DNA of 63,574 nucleotides, counting the filler, from Octopus bimaculoides (lineage: Eukaryota), in the NCBI RefSeq assembly GCF_001194135.2. It is 8 parts of 8 records of this genome, joined end to end, with 100 filler letters (N's around TTAATTAATTAA, not from the genome) between each part and the next. Parts side by side here need not be neighbours in the genome. Positions count along the whole stretch, not along the records: positions 62,327 to 63,574 come from NW_026392136.1; 7 more parts are not named here. One strand, written 5' to 3'. Position numbers and translations under genes: made by a program. How positions within the stretch are numbered: the stretch's first letter is position 1; every line of letters begins with the position of its first letter. A model generated the notes under the pieces. That model searched no databases. It saw nothing but the letters and a program-made list of their open reading frames with translations, and was not told the DNA's origin. Positions 63,541 through 63,574 of the stretch are shown in pieces.

Positions 63541-63574
63541 ATAGAAGTCTGGTGCAGGCTCCTGTTAAACCGTC

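Overview
AT-rich, microsatellite-saturated eukaryotic DNA from a gappy draft assembly. The SINE families and repeat landscape look like an octopus/cephalopod genome (inference, not verified). Almost all provided ORFs are artefacts of (AT)n/(AC)n/(GAT)n repeats or N gaps. Recognisable content is mainly decayed mobile DNA: three tRNA-headed SINE families (about 25 copies or fragments), three mariner (DD34D) copies or fragments, an internally deleted Tc1, a Chapaev3-like DNA transposon, R4/Dong-type RLE LINE pieces, two Penelope GIY-YIG remnants, RTE pieces, Helitron/Helentron-like elements, fold-back MITE-like palindromes and a Gypsy gag remnant. Only one host-gene signal is convincing: a 71-nt plus-strand exon (36442-36512) encoding a signal peptide. 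Most notable observation: two different L1/Tx1-like elements are joined to the tRNA head of the same SINE family at exactly the same nucleotide (after TAGCTTGCTTACC). One has a 13-bp target-site duplication and an ORF1-only body, which suggests SINE-targeting retrotransposons. Also notable is a 316-bp tandem unit carrying a tRNA-shaped cloverleaf plus a T6 Pol III terminator, arranged as an inverted array. No rRNA, no convincing functional tRNA and no CRISPR array.
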